This document shows, in pieces, positions 33,812 to 39,162 of a stretch of 39,162 bases of DNA. Source of the stretch: an uncultured Methanosarcinales archaeon. Its GTDB lineage: Archaea; Nanobdellota; Nanobdellia; Woesearchaeales; CG1-02-33-12. Within the stretch, counting starts at the first letter, position 1. Every line of letters starts with the position of its first letter. Both the position numbers and the translations under genes were made by a program. The stretch lies in contig CAYWLA010000001.1 of NCBI GenBank assembly GCA_964458955.1, forward strand, positions 5,982 to 45,143. The letters are read 5' to 3'. Below the pieces are notes generated by a model. The model saw only the letters and a program-made list of their open reading frames with translations. It made no database searches and was not told the DNA's origin.

Positions 33812-35722
33812 TTAAAACTTAATCTCAGACGATTTACTCTTTATAATTTCCTGCACCTTCTTGATTAAATCTTCTGTTTTTATGCCAAAGTAAACCTTGC
33901 CATCAAGAGTTCTTACAGCAATAGTGTTGTTTTCTTTTTCCTTGTCTCCAACTGTCAATATTAATGGAGTTTTATTTAGCTGGGCTTCCCTCACTTTCTT
34001 TGGCATTGTCTCTGCCCTAAAATCTGTTTCAACTCTTATGTTGCTTTTTTCCAGTTCCTGTTTTACCTTTTCTGCATAAGGGATATGGCTGTCGTTTATA
34101 TTCAGGATTACTGCTTGTGTTGGGGAGAGCCATAAAGGAAACTTTCCTGCATAATGCTCTATCAATATCCCCATAAACCTCTCTATTGAGCCGTAGATAG
34201 TTCTGTGTATCATGATTGGCCTGTGCTTTTTTCCATCCTTTCCCTCGTATGTCAAATCGAATTTTTCAGGCATTGCAAAGTCAAGCTGTATTGTTCCGCA
34301 CTGCCATGTTCTTCCCAGGCAGTCCTTTAGATGGAAGTCTATTTTTGGTCCGTAGAATGCCCCGTCTCCCTCATTAATCTTATATTTTATTTTTTTAGTA
34401 TCCAAAGCATCTTTTAATCCAGCAATTGCCTTTTCCCATGCTTCATCAGAGCCCATTGCATTGTCTGGCTTTGTGCTTAACTCCATATTGTACTCAAATC
34501 CAAACAGGTTGTAAAACTTTTCTGTAAGATTAATAACCCCTATTATCTCATCTTTTATCTGCTCTTCTGTCATGTAAATATGGGCATCATCCTGGGTAAA
34601 GCATCTGACTCTAAATAATCCTGCAAGCACGCCTGACATCTCATGCCTGTGCACTATTCCCATTTCCCCCATCCTTAACGGAAGATCTCTGTAAGACCTT
34701 ATGTTTGTTTTGTAAATCAATATTCCGCCGGGGCAGTTCATGGGTTTTATTGCATAATCATCACCATCTATTTTTGTGAAATACATGTTTTCCTTGAAGT
34801 GGTCCCAGTGGCCGCTCTGTTCCCATAATTTTCTGTTAAGGATAATTGGGGTTATTACCTCTTTGTAGCCAGACTTTACATGCTCCTCTCTCCAGAATTT
34901 CTGAAGCTCCCTAAAAACAAATGTTCCCTTTGGGTGGAAGAAAGGAAATCCTGGGCCTTCATCATGCACGCTGAACAAATCAAGCTCTTTTCCAAGCTTC
35001 CTGTGGTCCCTTTTTTCAGCTTCTTCTAATAAGGTTAGGTATGCATTTAGCTGTTTTTTATCCGGGAAAGATATTCCATAAACTCTCTGCAATTGCTTGT
35101 TTTTCGCATCTCCTCTCCAGTAAGCTCCTGCAAGCTTTGTCAGTTTGAATGCCTTTAGTTTCCCTGTTGAAGGAACATGAGGGCCGCGGCAGAAATCAAT
35201 GAAATTGCCCTGCTTATAGATGCTTATTTTTTCATCTTCTAGTTCATTAATCATCTCTGTTTTGTATGGATTGTCCTTGAAGAGGTTTAATGCCTCTTTT
35301 TTTGTCAGCTTAGTCCTCTCAATACTTAAGTTTTCCTTGACTATTTTATCCATTTCTTTTTCAATTTTTATAAGGTCTTCTGGTGTAAGTTTTTTGTCTA
35401 AATCAATATCATAGTAAAAGCCCTCATCAACTGCAGGTCCGATGGCAAACTTAACATCAGGGTAAAGGTTTTTTATTGCCTGGGCCATCAAGTGAGCACT
35501 TGAGTGCCTGAAAGCCTCTTTACCAGCATCATCTTTAAAGGTTATTATCCTTAGATTTGAGTCCTTGTTTATTTTTGTGCTGAGGTCAACCAATTCATTG
35601 TTAAGCTTTGCTGCAATTGCATCATCTGCAAGCTTTTCTCCTATATCTTTTGCTACTTCTATCACGCTTATTCCTTTTTCATATTCTTTAACTGAGCTAT
35701 CTGGGAATTTTATTTTTATCAT
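33812..35722 (-). CDS. thrS: Threonyl-tRNA synthetase, bacterial-type architecture (TGS, N2 editing domain, class II core, anticodon-binding domain)
   Basis: MIKIKFPDSSVKEY (TGS domain). FRHSSAHLMAQAIKNLYPDVKFAIGPAVDEGFYYDIDLD (editing domain HxxxH). HRHEMSG class II motif. The start is set at the ATG preceded by GGAGG plus 8 nt. Confidence 0.9.
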   Translation of the reverse strand: MIKIKFPDSSVKEYEKGISVIEVAKDIGEKLADDAIAAKLNNELVDLSTKINKDSNLRIITFKDDAGKEAFRHSSAHLMAQAIKNLYPDVKFAIGPAVDEGFYYDIDLDKKLTPEDLIKIEKEMDKIVKENLSIERTKLTKKEALNLFKDNPYKTEMINELEDEKISIYKQGNFIDFCRGPHVPSTGKLKAFKLTKLAGAYWRGDAKNKQLQRVYGISFPDKKQLNAYLTLLEEAEKRDHRKLGKELDLFSVHDEGPGFPFFHPKGTFVFRELQKFWREEHVKSGYKEVITPIILNRKLWEQSGHWDHFKENMYFTKIDGDDYAIKPMNCPGGILIYKTNIRSYRDLPLRMGEMGIVHRHEMSGVLAGLFRVRCFTQDDAHIYMTEEQIKDEIIGVINLTEKFYNLFGFEYNMELSTKPDNAMGSDEAWEKAIAGLKDALDTKKIKYKINEGDGAFYGPKIDFHLKDCLGRTWQCGTIQLDFAMPEKFDLTYEGKDGKKHRPIMIHRTIYGSIERFMGILIEHYAGKFPLWLSPTQAVILNINDSHIPYAEKVKQELEKSNIRVETDFRAETMPKKVREAQLNKTPLILTVGDKEKENNTIAVRTLDGKVYFGIKTEDLIKKVQEIIKSKSSEIKF

Positions 35723-36072
35723 CTGAATATCCTCCATAATCCTTATTTTATTTAATATTTTTTAATAAAACCATAAAACAACAAAATAGTATTTAAGCTT
35801 TGTTATAAAAATGCAGTAGAACTAACGTGTTGTTAACAGGAATATATCTAGGAATAACTCATCCACATCTCCTATTAACTTTATTTCTTTCATGTTACAG
35901 GCATTTTGAACAGAATTATTTAAATGTTTCGCTTGTTTATTGCATTCTTTTTCTGTTGAAACTTTAGCACAAAAAATCTGTTTTCAAGGGGGTGAATAGT
36001 TTTGATAACCCCTAAAAATTCTCAAAATCAAAAGATTTAAAAGCAAGCTCAAAATATCACATAAAACTTAAA

Positions 36073-36477
36073 ATGAATGCCAATGAAAAATCAGACAGGG
36101 AAATTGTTGATGAATACAAAAGGCTTAATCCATGGGGCATGTCCATTAATGTTGACCTCAAAAACTGTAATCCTAAGACTATAAGAAGCAAGGAAAAAAT
36201 AAGGGAATTCATAGTAAACCTTTGCAAGCTTATAGACATGAAAAGGTTTGGTGAGCCGCAGATAGTTAATTTTGGCGAGGAAGAGAAAGTCGAGGGATAT
36301 TCATTTACTCAGTTAATAGAAACATCCCTTGTTTCAGGTCATCTTGCAAACTATACCAATGCAGCTTACATAGACATATTCAGCTGCAAAGCATATGAGC
36401 CAAAAAAAACAGCAGAATTCTGCAAAGAATTCTTTAAGGCAGATTCTTACAAAATTAATGTTTCATTCAGGTTTTAA
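36073..36477 (+). CDS. S-adenosylmethionine decarboxylase-like (SpeH-type pyruvoyl enzyme fold), divergent
   Basis: 134 aa. FTQLIETSLVSGHLANYTNAAYIDIFSCK aligns by eye to the SpeH LSESHISIHTWPE...AIDVFTCG region. It has Thr-Ser in place of the Glu-Ser processing site. Confidence 0.5.
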   Translation: MNANEKSDREIVDEYKRLNPWGMSINVDLKNCNPKTIRSKEKIREFIVNLCKLIDMKRFGEPQIVNFGEEEKVEGYSFTQLIETSLVSGHLANYTNAAYIDIFSCKAYEPKKTAEFCKEFFKADSYKINVSFRF

Positions 36478-36540
36478 CAAAATCTTCTTAATCAAAAAGT
36501 TTAAAAACAAGCACATTAAATTTATTCTTGAGGTGTTAAA

Positions 36541-37611
36541 TTGGATTCAAAGGCTTGCATTGATTGGCTTGAAAAAAAGAACCTGTTAGACACATGCAAA
36601 ACTTATTCTACTTATATTAGGGGAGTTTTCAAAGACTGCCTAAGAGCGAAGAATGAAAGCATATTAATAATAGGTGATACGGGTTATGATAGAAAGTGTG
36701 CAGCAGCTATTCTTGCAGGCTCTTACTATTTTGCAGCAAAAAAACTTGGATTGCATCCAAGGATTTTTTTTCAGGTACCAAAATTAAGAGGGGATATTGC
36801 AGATAAAAGCATTATTGATGCAATTAATTATCTTGGTGAGAGAAGCATTTTACTTCTTGCTTCATCCAACAGGCTTGGCTCTTTAAGGGGTATAACCAAA
36901 AGCTACAGGCATTTCTGCAGGAAGAGGGATATGAGATTTGTCACAACTCCAAGCTTAGGGCATATAGAAACAAGGGATTTTAAGGAGTTAGTAAAAACCA
37001 TTAACATAGACTACCCGGAAATACAAAGGGCACACAGAAAACTTAAGGTACTTATTGAAAAAGGGACAGATTTGCATGTAAGGACAAAAGCTGGAACAGA
37101 TCTTCATATGAAAATTGATGTTGCAAATATTAAATCTGCAGACGGCGATTATACAAAGCCCGGCTCTGGAGGCAACCTTCCTGCTGGAGAAGTCTATTTC
37201 CCTCCAAAGAAGAAATCAGTTGATGGAAAGGTTGTTATTGACGGAAGCTTAAGAACTAGGCATGGCACTGCAATAATAAAAAATCCGATAACTTTAGTCA
37301 TAAAGAATGGAGACCTTATTGACATTCAGGGAAAAGAGGAAGCAAAACTTCTTGAGGAAACCCTATTATGGGCAGAAAGAAATTCCAAATACCCTTGGGG
37401 AATAAGAAAAGTCTGTGAGTTTGGCATAGGACTCAACCCAAAAGCCAAGATAGTCGGATCAACAATAATAGACGAGAAAGCACTTGGAACAGCCCACATT
37501 GCTCTCGGCTCAAACAACTGGTTTGGTGGTTCAATATTTGCAATGACACACCTTGACCAGGTCTTTAGAAATCCCAGAATAACAATCAATGGAAGATTAT
37601 TGAATATTTAG
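36541..37611 (+). CDS. M29 family aminopeptidase (aminopeptidase T/PepS-like)
   Basis: GNLPAGEVYFPP, EFGIGLNP and DEKALGTAHIALG. TTG start preceded by GAGGTG plus 5 nt. Confidence 0.8.
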   Translation: MDSKACIDWLEKKNLLDTCKTYSTYIRGVFKDCLRAKNESILIIGDTGYDRKCAAAILAGSYYFAAKKLGLHPRIFFQVPKLRGDIADKSIIDAINYLGERSILLLASSNRLGSLRGITKSYRHFCRKRDMRFVTTPSLGHIETRDFKELVKTINIDYPEIQRAHRKLKVLIEKGTDLHVRTKAGTDLHMKIDVANIKSADGDYTKPGSGGNLPAGEVYFPPKKKSVDGKVVIDGSLRTRHGTAIIKNPITLVIKNGDLIDIQGKEEAKLLEETLLWAERNSKYPWGIRKVCEFGIGLNPKAKIVGSTIIDEKALGTAHIALGSNNWFGGSIFAMTHLDQVFRNPRITINGRLLNI

Positions 37612-38379
37612 TTAGGCTGCTTCTTTTTTGTATTTGTCTGTTATTTGCTTTACATTATATTCTGAATTTTCTTTACTTATTAATGCTTTGTAGAGATTGC
37701 TAGTATCATTTATACTTATAACTTTATCTTTATCAACGCCCAATTTCTTACCAAATTCTTTTCCAAGTGCTGAAATATCTTTCTCCTTAAGATCACCAAA
37801 GGTATATCCTGACAACTTTCCAACTATATTGTCTATGCTATTTTTACTTGAGTTTGCTAACCCTTCTGATGTGAGAGTTTTAAGTCCTTCATCATCCTCT
37901 TTAGTAACATTCGCAGTTTGAAGATACATAGTTTTTAAGCTTTGTTTGCCTAAGTAATTACCTTGATTTTTTATGCCTAAAAAATTAAGGTAATCATCTT
38001 TTCTTGCTTCATAAATTTTATCTACAATCTGTTGCCTTTCTTTTACTTTTAGTTCTCTTGGTTTTTTGCCAGTTGCTTCAATTGCATTTACATATGCTCT
38101 AACTGATTCATAATCATGGTCTATGGACCATTTACCAATCTGTTCCTGCCTTTTTTTCAATTCTTCTATGTTAATAACTTTTTCCTCTACTCCACCTATT
38201 AGCATGATTCCAGCTATCCAGACTAAGAAAAATCCAAAAAGAACATTTGATGTTGAATCCAATACTCTGCTCTGAACTCCAATTACAGCCCCTGTTATGT
38301 TTGCCTCTGTCCCAATAATAAATAACAAGCCAACTATTATAAGAATAAAACTTACTATCACAACTTTTTTCTCTTTCAT
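37612..38379 (-). CDS. Membrane-anchored protein (2 N-terminal TM helices), paralog of the next ORF, function unknown
   Basis: 255 aa. It shares FLGIKNQGNY...KEFGKKLGVDKDKVISINDTSNLYKAL...KYKK with 38494-39051. A minus-strand TATA (+ strand coordinates 38403-38410) lies 31 nt upstream of the ATG. Confidence 0.5.
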   Translation of the reverse strand: MKEKKVVIVSFILIIVGLLFIIGTEANITGAVIGVQSRVLDSTSNVLFGFFLVWIAGIMLIGGVEEKVINIEELKKRQEQIGKWSIDHDYESVRAYVNAIEATGKKPRELKVKERQQIVDKIYEARKDDYLNFLGIKNQGNYLGKQSLKTMYLQTANVTKEDDEGLKTLTSEGLANSSKNSIDNIVGKLSGYTFGDLKEKDISALGKEFGKKLGVDKDKVISINDTSNLYKALISKENSEYNVKQITDKYKKEAA

Positions 38380-38402
38380 TAAGTTAATTACTTCTTTAGT
38401 TA

Positions 38403-38410
38403 TATATAAA
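38403..38410 (-). promoter_or_regulatory. TATA box (TTTATATA on the minus strand) 31 nt upstream of the ATG at 38379 (leaderless geometry)
   Basis: Same spacing class as the other leaderless candidates. Confidence 0.35.
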
Positions 38411-38493
38411 CATTTCTAAATTTGGATTAAGTTAGAATACAATAAAATGTGAAAATAAAATAAATATTTAAAAAATTAAAGAAAAATAAAAAA

Positions 38494-39051
38494 TTACCTG
38501 TATTTCCTTACAATCTCTTGCCATGTATTGTCAGAGCCCTTTTTAAAGGTGTATGCTCCATACAAGTCCATTACATCATTTATTGTCTGAACTTTAGCTG
38601 GATCAACATTCCGTCTTCCAAAGAAATTACTAAACTCGCTTGCATAACCTTGAATCTCTGATGGGTTGATACTCTGAGGAATTCCATCCATAGTAAACTT
38701 AACTGTATCTTCTATAATTGGTTTTACAATTTTTACTATCCCTGCTGTTCCTTCTGTTTTAAGTTTTCCAGCCAGTTTTTGTATATCTTGACTAGTATAT
38801 CGCACTAAATGATTTAATGCTGATTGACCAATCCAGTTTCCTACTTCATCTGGAATTTCTCCTGCTTCTCTATATCCTTGATTAACTCCTAAAAAAAGTT
38901 GTTTTGAAGCCTCATTCCAGTCTGCATCACTAAGAGCACTAGCCCTTCTATTGCCAATATAGCTTGACAAATTTTGTATTCCTCTTATATCTAAGTCTAC
39001 TATAAGATTATTTACTTCTTTAATTTTATCATCCAAATTTTGTATAGTCAT
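38494..39051 (-). CDS. Soluble paralog of 37612-38379, function unknown
   Basis: 185 aa. FLGVNQGY...SEFSNFFGRRNVDPAKVQTINDVMDLYGAY...RKYR. A strong SD (AAGGAGGCAAGAAA) lies directly upstream of the ATG. Confidence 0.5.
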   Translation of the reverse strand: MTIQNLDDKIKEVNNLIVDLDIRGIQNLSSYIGNRRASALSDADWNEASKQLFLGVNQGYREAGEIPDEVGNWIGQSALNHLVRYTSQDIQKLAGKLKTEGTAGIVKIVKPIIEDTVKFTMDGIPQSINPSEIQGYASEFSNFFGRRNVDPAKVQTINDVMDLYGAYTFKKGSDNTWQEIVRKYR

Positions 39052-39162
39052 TTTCTTGCCTCCTTCTTTTTATTTTTTATATTATATACTAAACTGTCTT
39101 ATATACAGTGTAGATAGTATAACTACTATATAAATGTTTCGTTTTTGTTATCACAATCAAGT

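Noticed and set aside
36002-36040. 12-codon TTG-initiated uORF (MITPKNSQNQKI) after GGGGGTGA, 32 nt upstream of the AdoMetDC-like gene
   Set aside because: It is very short and has a non-ATG start. A TATA-like TTTAAAAG (36036-36043) overlaps its 3' end and would place the TSS downstream of it. This is speculative without transcript data.
1-39162. Scan for CRISPR arrays, tRNA/rRNA/SRP-RNA-like G/C-rich structured segments, transposases/IS ends and prophage genes
   Set aside because: No spaced direct-repeat arrays, no G/C-rich islands of RNA-gene size in the intergenic gaps, and no transposase- or integrase-like ORFs were seen. The only mobile element recognised is the intein.

Overview
This is an AT-rich archaeal chromosome segment, with G+C roughly one third by eye. 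It is densely packed with short genes. Archaeal identity rests on aRF1, aIF5A, ribosomal protein L40e, SRP54, pyruvoyl arginine decarboxylase, deoxyhypusine synthase and endonuclease Q. The compactness and composition suggest a small-genome lineage such as DPANN, but that is inference only. All product calls come from motifs I recognised by eye in the supplied translations; no searches were run.

Content in order:
- Cys-rich surface protein.
- aRF1 interrupted by a 507-aa LAGLIDADG intein exactly after the GGQ motif.
- DUF45-like metallohydrolase and an SplB-like radical-SAM protein.
- aIF5A, an L40e gene missing from the ORF track, and an M50 site-2 protease.
- Small wHTH protein and a HAD hydrolase.
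- PEP synthase, Pcm, class-I FBP aldolase, iron-sulfur flavoprotein and a PfkB kinase.
- About 0.5 kb of nearly pure A/T non-coding DNA, bordered by a 28-codon Lys-rich micro-gene.
- Endonuclease III, a cupredoxin-like lipoprotein and endonuclease Q.
- An overlapping pdaD-speB-dys operon (agmatine/hypusine).
- NUDIX hydrolase and an MJ0936-type phosphodiesterase.
- A roughly 9-kb alpha-glucan (glycogen) island in two divergent operons. One operon carries an Lrp/AsnC regulator, a GT3 eukaryote-type glycogen synthase, GalT and a debranching enzyme. The other carries a GT4/5 synthase, an SDR, a GH57 enzyme and two small paralogous unknowns.
- Dus, SRP54, an orphan ORF and a bacterial-type ThrRS.
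- A divergent AdoMetDC-like protein, an M29 aminopeptidase and two paralogous unknowns.

No rRNA, tRNA, CRISPR array or transposase was seen.

Most notable observations:
- The GGQ-site intein in the only class-I release factor, which also carries an embedded HTH module.
- The dual-synthase glycogen island.
- The island's regulator has no canonical start codon in front of its HTH domain.
- The conserved small-protein pair behind GH57.
- The Lys-rich micro-gene next to the outsized A/T-only spacer.
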